A stretch of DNA of 63,814 bases, counting the filler, from Klebsormidium nitens (taxonomy: Eukaryota; Plantae; Klebsormidiophyceae): NCBI GenBank assembly GCA_000708835.1. It is 5 parts of 5 records of this genome, joined end to end, with 100 filler letters (N's around TTAATTAATTAA, not from the genome) between each part and the next. Parts side by side here need not be neighbours in the genome. Positions count along the whole stretch, not along the records: positions 1 to 31,937 come from DF237748.1; 4 more parts are not named here. One strand, 5' to 3'. Position 1 is the stretch's first letter; each line of letters opens with the position of its first letter. Both the position numbers and the translations under genes were made by a program. Below, one piece after another: positions 12,181-23,600 of this stretch. The notes under the pieces are model-generated. The model was not told where the DNA came from and made no database searches. It worked only from the letters and a program-made list of their open reading frames with translations.

Positions 12181-14319
12181 ACAGACAGAAACAGGCCTGA
12201 GGACTCTGCTTAATGAGGAAGCAAGCCGAAGTAAGCTGGCAGGGACAAATAAAAGAAAAGACCTATGATCTCTGCAACGCCTTGATATTCATAAGAAACG
12301 AAAATGGTCTCTAAACACAGTCTAGAGAAAAACTTGTGACACGTCTTTCACCAGCTGAACCGCAAGGACAACAAGAGCAACAGGCAAGAGGCAATCGAAT
12401 AACACAGCCATGCTGCAAGAGAGCCAGAGGACATGCTCAGCAGAACTCACGCCTGTGATCTCCCTGCAGTACGTCCCGCTCAATGGCGTCCTCAGACAGG
12501 CCCCCATCTGCACCGGTCTGCCCCCTTCCAGCAGCTGCACAAGAAGAGGGAGCAGATCAGGCGGAGTTCTCAAACTCGCTCTCCGTGCTGCTTTCGCCGA
12601 ACATCTCTCTGCTTCGGAATTGTGGAAGCCCCCTGGTGCGAAACAGCGAGGCAATCATAAAAGCTCAAAACTGGGTGTTCTGAAAGCGGGTCCAGAGTTG
12701 CGCCACAGGACCAAGGTCCCTGCTCTCACTGCAGGCTCAGATGGATGTCTGCAACGCGCAACCCTATCAAATATCGACTGATGTGTAAAGTTGTGACTGG
12801 CTCTTGAAAAGGACCCAATATCCTGCAAAGGGTGCCTCAAGAACCATCGGCAGCACCATGTCCCGAGAGCTTATCACCCCACGGCTTATGAGAATGTTTT
12901 TGAAACAGCCCGACCAAAAGTGGAGTCAGCGTACAATCCATTGATCCAGTTCATGTGGTGGGGGCAAGTCTGTCAGGTGCAAGTCTGCCAACCCATGAGG
13001 AAGCAGTTGGCGTCCTTGAAAGCAGGGGGGAAAGCGATCGGAGAGAATTGCCAATCGATGAAGTAAAGGGCGACTTGATGCTTAGAAGGAGAAAGCTACA
13101 ACTCAGAACCAACACATCCAAGCAGACGCTTCAGCAACCACACATACTAGCCCTGCATGTTCAAGACTGACGCCCCAGGAAGGGACACTCACGTCTCCTG
13201 TATTCGACGTCCGGCATTGCCACATCCCCTGAAGGGCCCGCGCCTGCGCCCCCTCCCCCTCGTGCAGCAGCTGGGACATAGAGAGAGGGGTTTAGCGGAT
13301 GCGTCTTCACTTCTTTGGCAGCCAGCCTCCCCCACGCGGCGCCGCAATTTGGCAGAGTCTGCGAGCAAACCAGACCATCGAAGAGGAGCGGCCGGCAGCA
13401 GCCCAGGCCAAACTTTTTCAGGGCACACCAGCAGCTCCCTTCTTATATGCTCAAGGACGACAGAAGCAGGCCTCGGAGTGTCGGCTTCGGTAGTCAGCGG
13501 CAACGACATGCTCAAAGATGTGCAAATTTCCTGAAGCCTCAGCGGCCATGCTGACAGACTCTGCTGTTTATATATTGCAATCAGCGGTATTCCACCACTC
13601 TCTTAAATCGCCCGCAAGCAAGCATTTATGCTTGCACGTGCAGAAACCCTAAAAGATGCTGGCAAAGATCAAGCTTGTAAAGGCAATTGAATTGACAGCG
13701 CTAAACATTTTTATCCAACCTGACGAGACCTTCAGCGTGCTTACTCTTGCAAATAACTGAAACTATAAAGAGGTTTGTTGAGCATTGTCTTGTCCCCAGC
13801 AGAGGCTGCCTTTGATCTGCGACCAGGCAACTTCCATACCATGCACCCAGCTCAGGAAGCATGTGAAAATCATTCTGGCCTGACAGGTGAAGCAGAGGGA
13901 CACTCTCCAACCAGAAACCAACATACTGGATGGTCGGCGTGGATCACTGCGTCTACCATGAACCAGAGAGTTCCAGCACTCCGCCCATTTGCAGGCATGC
14001 ACGACTGCTGTCGCACAGGACTGATTTTTGTGGGGTGTTCTCTGACAGAGAAACCACTTGTTTTGACTCACCTTCCCTTCAAACAACCCAGAGTGCATAC
14101 CGAGAGAAATCATGCAAACGAGGCTTTCCGCTTCTGCTGCCATGTCATTGACCTCGCTTGCTCTTGACGGAGGCCCCAGCGATAACGTCTCCCACAGGAC
14201 ATACCAAGACATGCCATTTAGCAGTACTAGAATGCTTGACCCTTATCCCAATCTCAAATCCTGGTCTCTGACAAATTGCGTCAAAGCTAGCCTACTCGAT
14301 CAAAGAAGGAGCTGCTCAC

Positions 14320-16630
14320 CCGGAATCCCCAAGAGAAACAAATCCCAGTTCCCTGACCATTGCCCTGTGTACAGGCGTGCCCACAGGTACAAGGCGGTGG
14401 TGCGGTGCTCGGTTGTGGACTCTCTCCAACTCTCCAAGGTGGTCATCTTCTCTGCCAGGAAACTCAGCAGGGGAGGGTCGATCTTTGGATACGCTTCCTG
14501 CCAATCTCGCGCAATCTGTGAGGGGGAGACATTGAAAGATCACCACAACAACGTACACGCCGCTGTTCTGGTAGCATGAACACGAAGAGAAGTTGCTCTG
14601 TAATGCTTGAGTACAATTCGCGCTGATCTTGCCCTGAACTGCTGGCGGGACATCCCCTTCTCAAGGCTCACCTCCTCGGGAGAAGGTCCAGGGTTTGGTT
14701 CAACACCACCAATGTTCAAAAGCGTTGCTGCATGGAAGTATGCCACGGTCAGATGCTGCATAGGCGACCTGCTGGATTCATCCGGAAATCGGCAGATTCC
14801 AAACGCAAGTCGACAGATAGGTGGTATTAGGACAAGCCCAAGTGCTATGTTCAGAAGAAGCCTGCTTCATGACGGACTGCAGATCCAGAGTTGCTATCGA
14901 AGTGCCTTACCTATAAGCGCCTGGCTCATGGGTACAGAGGCCCAAACCCCCTTGCTTTGAGGTTCGTTCCTAGCTGCAGGGGGAAACGGCGGAGAGTTGG
15001 ATTGGGGTCGTTCATAATTTTTGTGTTAAATGCACATCCACAGAAATCATAACGCATCAGAGGCATGACAGAGACCCTGCCGCCTTGAACTGTATACAAG
15101 AGACTAACAAACTGGTATACCCGGAAACGCCGATCCAGATTCTAAAGACTAGAATAATGAATGTCATCTTGGTACGAGGTCTTGAAAAGCTGCAAAGTTG
15201 GCCAAATCACGAAAGATGTACCATCGAACGCTTCTTCTTGGTACGCAGCTTTCGGTACGCCACTAGGAACCCCTCCAAATGAACAAAAACTAGCCATCTG
15301 AGCCCAACGTCACCAGGAAGAGGACTCTCATTTCTCGCCTCGTTGCGTGACACCTGCCAATGGTTTGTAGCGCGGGCATGCAAAGTAATGATTGGACCTT
15401 TGGCTTGGTGCTCACCTGCTGACCCTGCCCATGACCAAGGAGGGGCAGATGATCCAAACCCTTTCTTCTCCTGCTCGCATTCATGACAGGAAGAGTTCGC
15501 CTTCCGCAGCATCTCCTCGCGAGCCTGAACCCATGCTGCAATGAGAAAAGGGCACGATCAGTCCAGAGCTGCAGAAGCTGCAGCCATGCCAAGTCCTGCG
15601 TGATCCAAGGTCAATCTTGCCTCCTCTTGCCCACAAGCGGGGTGTGTGCCTCGGTCCCTGTCAATAAGGAAACAACCCTTTGTTGGGCCGTGCAGCTCGC
15701 CGTAGTACCGGATGTTCCCTCCAGTCTTGCTTCCCTGGAGCCCCCATTCTGCTGTCGAATCGCACTCATGGCAAAAGATAGCATGTGGGTCTGGAAAAGA
15801 GACAAAGGCAAAGGGAATCAGGGCCAATCACACCTGACACAAAGACCGGCCATGCCATCAACTTCAGGCATTCTACCAAGAAGTGACCTATTGATACCAA
15901 GGAAAGAATCGGCCAGCACTTGGTTTACTTTCCTGCCATGCCATCAACTTCTGGCACTAAACCAGGAAATGACCCATTGATATCTCAAAGAAATAACCGG
16001 CCATTTCTTGGTACACTTCCTACTTCAACTTCTTGCGCCCTTCTCATGTTTCAAGGCACGCCCAGCCATGCCTACAACTTCTGGCTTTGTACCAGGAAAT
16101 CCTTTGAAATCTCTGACTTGAAGAAATAACTGGTCAAAATCTGGTACCCTTTCCTGCGCACGGCCAGCCATTCTGCTGGTCGATGTTGATGAAAGATCAT
16201 CAACCCAATGTTCTAATCAAGAACACTCTTTTCCTGAAACAGTGGTATGGTTGCACGGCCAGCGATCCAGTGACCTCAAGAATTGGCTTTGAAGAAGCAA
16301 ACTCACCACGTTCCGCAGCGCAATTCACAGCTTCTCTGAGCACCCGCACGTCCTGCCGCTTTGCTTTCTGATCCGCAGCGCTGCAGCGTCCGCGTGCTGG
16401 AACTTCTCGAGCAGGCTGCCCCTCATGCTTCGATTCCTTTGACCTTTGACACCGCCGGCGGCGAGGGGCAGGGATGTCATCGCTTCGTGCATTGACAGCA
16501 TCTATCAGAATTTCTTGCCTTTCTGCACTAATTGAAATGCGCTCCCTGTACTCTGCAGCGTGTGCAAAGCGAGCAGCCTGGCAGACCCTGTGATCAGACT
16601 TGGACCTGCCACAAGGCCGGCTTCTTGCCA
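14320..16630 (-). CDS. Multi-exon gene of unknown family (paralog 2) with intact 2A-like NPGP motif; 5' and 3' ends unresolved
   Basis: Phase-consistent exons ~16630-16307, 15790-15635, 15535-15416, 14973-14911, 14727-14672, 14515-14320. Peptide PHAIFCHECDSTAEW...YYGELH...GCF / WVQARE / LIATLLNIGGVEPNPGP / IARDWQEAY...LLSFLAEK aligns by eye with paralog 1. Confidence 0.7.
15849..16150. repeat. Intronic array C: three degenerate copies of GCCATGCCATCAACTTCTGGC...ACCAGGAAAT...AAGAAATAACCGGCCA...CTTGGTAC.CTTCCT
   Basis: Copies start at 15849, 15935 and 16065. They contain inverted TTTCCTG/CAGGAAA and CTTGGT/ACCAAG pairs. Confidence 0.75.
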
Positions 16631-18209
16631 TTTTCTATTGAGCAGAAGCTCCGCTGGTCACAGCTGCAGTCACACAAAAGAGAAGACTGATTTGTCCACA
16701 ATGAAGAAACTTTGCAGCGATTGATAGCTTGGAAAACCGGTTAAGTGGCAATCACAAGCGAGGGCATCGCAGACACGCTGAATCTTGATGTACTTTCGAC
16801 AAGGGTAAACTCCCAAGTATGGAAGGCCGTCAGTCTGCCCTGAAAACACTCCGCGCTTGCGGCTTGGCGCTTGGCAGTTCCGCCCCCTGCAAGCACAGTC
16901 GCTGACGTTATCCTTCTCAGCTTGCGAGCTTGTTTCTGTGCTGGCACCTGTTACAATGCTGGACGGCCGAGTTCGCACTGTAGACTTGCACACCTTGTCT
17001 AGGGTAGGACGATCCTAGACCGGGTCCCCGACTTCTATATCTCTGGACAGTTCTATACAAGTGTGGTTGCCTTTGCCGACCCATTTTATACCGGGCTCGT
17101 GTGTGTGGCAAAGAAGTGACGGCTTCCGTATGCTGTAGACCGGGCTCGTGACCCGGTAACGGTTCGTAGCGGTACGGTGTACATACGGCGCCTTATGGCT
17201 CATAGCCTATGCCGAAAGGGCTAATATCTGGGTGCCCGGTAGAGTGACCGGGATGGGTTGGGTGGGAATGCAAGGTCGCGCCAACTGGCGCCTGTCTCCA
17301 GCTTCCGGCGCAAGAAGTTTGAACAAGCGTGGAACAAGGTGTGCAGGAACGGTAGTACGTGTCACCATTCAATACAAACATTGATTTCCCAAGGAAAGCC
17401 AATGCCGCACTGGCTCGTGTATGCACATGAGCTGCAGCGGCTTTACGAGAAACCCTCACTGCTTTAGGTATATAGGTAAACACCATAACACCAGGCAGGC
17501 TGGCACGCCGTGCATTGACGTACGGTAATTCGCTCAACGGACATGCAACTTTGAAATGGACAATCAAATTGAGCTGTGTCAGCTGCCCGGGAAGAGATTC
17601 GCGATTGTCACGATTGCACACTTCCTCACTGCATGATTCTTAACTGACTCTCGATCCTTCAAGTTCAGCTCGATGCCACTGCTTTGAGCAGTATGTAGCA
17701 TTGGATGTAGCGTCCGCATATTATAGGCAGGCGGCGCGGCGCTATTGTTGATTGCAGTACTGAGAGACTCAGACGTCATGTTGAAGTGCCTTAAACTCTT
17801 GTTTGAGGTTCCAAGTATCGAAGTAGATTGCAAGAATCCAAAATCTTGCACAGTAAGTTCGACAATTGTTGCGTGGCCAGTGTCATCGCGTGATTGTCGG
17901 TCAGACCATCAGCTCTTTGAAGCACAGCACGTACATAGACTCGCAAAAAAACGATTTGGCCACGGTTATCGAGTGAATCTCGTGATCAATCTGCCTGGAG
18001 CCGGGCGGCCCCAAGAAAGCATCGAGAGTCAAGACGGTGCGCGGCGGTCCTTTGGGAATTATTGCAGGTAGGTTCGCACAACAATCAATAATCAACCGCG
18101 CCTTATAACGCTTCCTCGCGGCCGCCAGCAACGCACAGTCTCAACGTGTAGCAAATGATACTGTATACATGATTATTGAAAGCTGACGGTCCTCAGCATA
18201 AAAGATCCA

Positions 18210-19912
18210 TCATGACGTCACATCCTGTCTTGACCAGTCTCCGCTTTTCCCGCCCGACTTGGTCTCAAGCTGGATATCTGAGATTACTATTGACTTCGAC
18301 ACTGCCTTACACATATCATACACTGTTAAGCTGGCTACCGAAGCTGCCGTCAATGCTTCCATCTCCACCCCTGTGGGGCCCCTCGTCTTCGCTTCCGCTT
18401 TGACTCTCACGCTCTGCAACTCGTGATCTAGTATTAACTCAACTTTCACTTTACTCAGCAGCAAATTATGACATAAGGGGATCAGATTTGCGGTCTGCTT
18501 GGCTGCATTGATTCCCGCTATTTGGGCCACAGTTAGTACATCTCCTTTGGCAATCTGATTCTTTGCAACCAAATCAAAAGCTTCCCTGCCGAGAAACACC
18601 CTTGCCGAAGCGACAGCCACCCGGGCAGTCTCATTCTTGTGACTGACGTCAACCATCGAAGCACGGCCGCTTGCGTCGACATGGGTCAGACCTGTTGATG
18701 AAGGACCACTGGGATTCGTTTCGCGATCCTTCGTTGCAGTGCTTTCACTGAATGCTGCCCCCCTTGACGCTTGAGAGAGGTGGTCGCCTGTAAGCTGCTC
18801 GCCAAATAGCGATGACATCTCCTGCAATAGAGGCGACAGTGAAGCTCTCAGTTGTAGTTGACTACCTTGCTTCATCTTCCTGACGCAACAGAAAGAAACC
18901 AGATAACCCACTAGATTAAACACGTGGCCTCCCTTGATACTAAACGCTAGAGGGTTTTGTCGTTTAGGAGCGAGAAGCGCCAATCGTGTGGCTGGAATAC
19001 GGGATTTGAATCGGCGAGTCCCAATTGTTTTCTGGAATACTTTGCTATCCCCAGTGCGCGAACTTGGTCGATAGGTATCGGCTCCCAAGAAGTGAGCACG
19101 GCCGTCCTTCGCATGGGTAATCTTTTTTTCGATTTCAGGTTTTGTCCATATTGTATGATGCTGATCTCAAATGTATAGAAACGACCCAGACAATAAGCAC
19201 AGCGCCCTCATCGGACAATCAATAGTACCATGGGCCGGTCCAGTTGCTTCTGATGTTGCCTTGTCATTGCAGCAACGTGCCTTTCACAAAGGCACGAAGG
19301 CACGAAGGCACATTTCAAGAAGAAATGTCAAGAAACAAGATGCAGGCGATACTCGGTTCGACAAAGACTATTTCTGGTTCGAGAAGGGCTGCCTTGGGGC
19401 TTCACAGACCAGAAAACAGCTGCCCTTACCTTGTTGAACTCCTCAACTGGGTCCTCAGGACTGGTCACCGCTGCGGAGGCATAGCTTCTGTGCATTCTGG
19501 GCGGTCGGAAGCTCTCCTGAGCTACCACTGCTTGACTGAAGCCCGCAATGGTAGTATCTTGTTGCAGGCCGACTGGACAGCTCAAAGCCTTGCGATGGCG
19601 GACAAGCACATCAGCAATCACCCAGTGCACTCCGCTGGACAGCCTGTCCTCTAATAAGCCTCCAGAATCCTGCCCCAAATGTCTGTGCGGTGATCTCCAG
19701 TCAGCCGTCTGTTTTTGAGCCCTTAATTCCTCTCCAACTTCTTTCTTACTTTCTTCCAGGCATCTGGGTTTCCACCATTCACCATTTGTTCTGCTTCCAC
19801 TTCTCTCCAGCACAGCAAGGCCGCATTCAGGAGGCGGGGAGGTCTTGAATGTTTCAAACTTCCTGAGCAGCACACCGCCTCTGCAGCTTATCGTTTTCCA
19901 GGGAGCTCGCAT
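18210..19912 (-). CDS. CNX3: Cyclic pyranopterin monophosphate synthase (MoaC/CNX3), two exons, long N-terminal presequence
   Basis: LTHVD...SMVDVS, KGDVL, LIPLCH, TGVEMEALTA, YDMCKAV, KSGGKSG. Exon 1 (19912-19430) ends FNK and joins exon 2 (18821-18210) at EMSSLFG, matching the plant 'ELNxEMxSIFG' segment. Start codon tentative. Confidence 0.95.
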
Positions 19913-20678
19913 GGTGGCGATTAGTCGGACCCCCGGACTACCAGCCAAAACATGGGTGCAATGCTGACCAGACTCAAAAAACTGTAGAATGGACGAATGA
20001 AGCTGCAAGTATGAGCTGGAGGCAGGGCTTCATTGATTGTGTATACTTGCACTTCCAGGTCCATGGCTTAACCGCTACGGCCTTATAAAAGAAATATACA
20101 TACATACATTGACCATGGACGCCGCCCCATCTGCAGCTCGTCTCTGCTGAGCACTAGAAGTAGTAGCACTGTGCAGCTCGTCTCTGCTGAGCACTAGAAG
20201 TACCGGTAGTAGCACTGGCAGTACTCCATGCCTCCGGTATGCTGGTCGAAGCCTATTAGGCTAAGGCAACCCGTAACCACTCTTCGAACCCGGCTGACAA
20301 TGACACTGTTCTAGAGCCCAGCTCCATACGGATCAAAGAATCGCAGGGGAGGTGTTGCTGCAGAACTGGGCTCTATCACATATTGGTCATTACCAACCGG
20401 ATCACTTAAACCCGCCCCTGGTTGAACTCGAGAACTCGAGGCCATATGCTTCAAACTTCAAGTCAGAACTCTGTTCAGAGCAAGAGAAGGGAGGTCCATC
20501 AGAACCTAGAGGGACGCTGAGCCTGCAGAGAAAAAAGGCACTACCTGACGGTGAAAGTCGAGGTTAAAGCAGGTTGTCTGAGCTAGGCGCCACCACCTGC
20601 GCCACCGGCAAATCCATCTTTCCTGATTGTGGTTGGAGGGCTTGTAAGCTTTGTCTGATTTGGATAAAGCTGGTGAAG

Positions 20679-23600
20679 ATGGTGAAGGCTCGTATGACCA
20701 CCGCCGATGTGGCGGCAGAGATTGCATGCCTGCGGAGGCTGATTGGGATGCGTGTGGCGAATGTCTATGATCTCAACCCAAAGGTGATTGCTTATCAGAA
20801 ATTGAATGTTTCTTTGGTGACAGAGCAGTCAAAAGCTGGTATGCCATATAGAATTGAGACAGCGAGCGTTTTCTTACAGAAGACGTATTTGCGTGTTTGT
20901 TTGCATGTGCGCCGTTGCGTAGAGGGTGACAGGACCTTGCATGTTTGCCTCCGCTTTCCATCACATGAAAGCATTACACAGTCAGCCGCTTGACTGATCA
21001 TGCACGATGTTCAGAACATTGTGGGCCTTGACATTTGTTCTTAAGTAGTGCCACTGTCGAGACGTGGACAGCTGCATCTGGTGGTGGTTGCACAGCCAGA
21101 TGCTGGTGGTCGCATGTTTCGGCCTTCCTTTTCCTAAAGGGGGGATGGCCTCCTCTGGATCAACAATTTGAAGCAGTCCGGTTTTCAGATTATCCTGGAC
21201 GCTTGAAGCAAGTCCAAAGGACTTTGCGAAGAAATCATCAAGCCCTTTATGACTTCGTGCATGCCAGAATCGGGACACTAGCTGACCCCTTTGACGATGA
21301 GTACAGTGGAGCTGCGACGCGCAGTGGCATGAAGCAAGGCGGTGTCAGCTTGGACTGGAGGACCATTATTTAACAGCAGACTTATAAAGTACTCGCTTCA
21401 CCTTGTGCAGACGTACGTCGTGAAGCTGGCGCGCAGCGGGGGTGTGACTGGGAGCGGCGAGAGCGAGAAGGAGCTTCTCCTGCTGGAGAGCGGGGTCCGA
21501 TTGCACACCACCCAGTTTGCACGGGACAAGAGCAACACGCCTTCAGGGATCACGCTCAAGATCCGGAAGCACATCCGGACGAGGCGGCTGGAGGATATCC
21601 GGCAGCTCGGGGTGGACAGGGTAAGTCAAATGGGAAAGAGAAACGCATAAGGATGCGAATGAGTAGCTCAGGCTGAAGAGAGTGATAAATACGGGGAGGT
21701 TGGATCGGGACAGGTTGCTTTGGTTACGATTAGAGGGTATGCTTTGGACACTAAAGGTTGCTGTTTGGACCCTGCCTGAATATGATTTTACAGGGAGAGA
21801 CTTCCGTTACAAGATTACCACTTCTCTCTGATGCATTGGGCGTTGAGCCAGCTTTCAGGACTCTGTCTGTCACTTCCTTTTTCAGAACCCTTCCCTCGAA
21901 TGCTGCCTGTGGTTCATAGTCACGGCTTTCTGACCAGACCTACGCTTTTGTCCGACAATGAGCGCAGAGTAGATCTTGTAATCTCACCATAAGGCTTCTC
22001 AATGATGGTCAAAAAACCTTTGTTTCATCACCTGTTCATCAGGTGCGTAACCCAAACGGGTTTCAAATTCCAAGCGCATGCGCTCAGATCTTCATTCCTC
22101 AAGTTCCAAAGTCGTGATTTGCAGGTTATCGACTTCCAGTTTGGGCTGGGGGATCAGGCTCACCACCTCATCTTCGAGCTGTACGCCTCTGGAAACATCC
22201 TGCTAACCGACGCAGTCTACAACGTGCTGACGCTCCTCCGCTCTCACCGGGACGACGAGAAAGGGATATCCATGATGGCCAAGCACCGCTACCCAATCGA
22301 AACCTGTCGCCCGTTCCACCGGACCACTCTGGAGCAGATTACGGCGGCACTAGAGGGGGCAGGCGCACAAAATGAAACGGAAGGGCGCAGCGACAAAGTT
22401 GACGGAACTGGTACTGGAGAAGGAAAGGAGGGGGAAGCAGACAAGGGGGATAGGAAAGAGGGGAGCGGAAGCAGAAAAGAGAAGAAGGATGCGAAAGAGG
22501 GGAGTCCGACGCTGAAGGACGTTTTAGGGCAAGTGTTGGGATACGGGCCAACACTTTGTGAGCACTGCATTTTGGACGCAGGTCTAATACCCAGTTCGCG
22601 GGTTCTCGAACGAGGGGGAAAGTTGTCGGAGGCGCAAGTTGGGGAGCTTTTGGCCGCGGTAGCGAGGTTCGAAGATTGGTTGGAGCCGACGCGCGAGAAA
22701 CCGTCGGAGGGTTTCATCGTCTTCCAGCGGCCGAAGGCGCCGTCTGCAGTCGTTGTGAATGCAGAGAAGAGAGGAAAGAAGGGAAAGAAAGGAAAGGGTT
22801 CGGCGGCTGTTGCAGAGGACGTAGCGCCGGAACCGGAACAGAAGGAGCCTCTTAAAGCGACTACTGACACTGCGGCACCATCGGAGGCCTCGGCAGAAGG
22901 CAAGCCCGCGGACGGTGTCAAGGCGGACGGCCCCGTAAAGCTGTACGACGAGTTCACGCCGCTCCTTTTGAAGCAGCACGTGGGGCGGGAGTGGGTACGG
23001 TTCGAGACGTTCGATGCGGCGATGGACGAGTTCTTCAGCAAAGTCGAGGGGCAGAAGCTGGAGCAGCAGCAGAAGCAGCAGGAAGTGGCGGCGCTCTCGC
23101 GGCTCGACAAGATCAAGGCCGACCAGGTGAACTCTGAATCCTTTGCTTTTGGACCGTCAGACGATCCTTTCATCCTTAAGAAGTTCGGCTCTGTTTGACA
23201 AGATTCGCCGTCAGCGGCGGTTTTATCGAACAAGCTCGAGGTCGAGGTCGACTGAGGTAGATTTTGGCCGAGCCGTTACCAAAAGCCATCGATTGATGTC
23301 TTGAAGGGGTTCGATGGGTGCGCTTGTTTGTAGGCAAGATGCAAATGAGATAAGGGCTTCTTGATGTTCTTTGGCGAAAGTGAACGGTGACCAATTCATT
23401 CAAAACTTGAGCTCCTTGTAGTCGGTGAAAGCTCTCGATTACAGTCAAGAGGCTATTCAGGACGTCCCGCCCTGTGAAGTTTGTTGCCAGAGCGTTTGCT
23501 AGGCGAAGCTGGTCTCCCTGAGAGCAGATTGCTGAGGAGTCTTTTTAACAGCCTGCAGCCAATCAGAGTCCAAGCTGTCCAAGTGAGGCGAGTAAAGTGC

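Noticed and set aside
14930-15660. Inverted similarity giving GTEAQTPL (plus) and GTEAHTPL (minus)
   Set aside because: Only ~25 nt at moderate identity; plausible by chance, and both segments overlap modelled exons.
17018-17050. Third 2A-like motif (LSRDIEVGDPV)
   Set aside because: It lacks NPGP and is followed immediately by a stop.
18210-20008. MOCS1-like bicistronic arrangement or a start at 19088 for CNX3
   Set aside because: The upstream ORF splices in frame to the MoaC exon (FNK|EMSSLFG), giving an ordinary two-exon gene.
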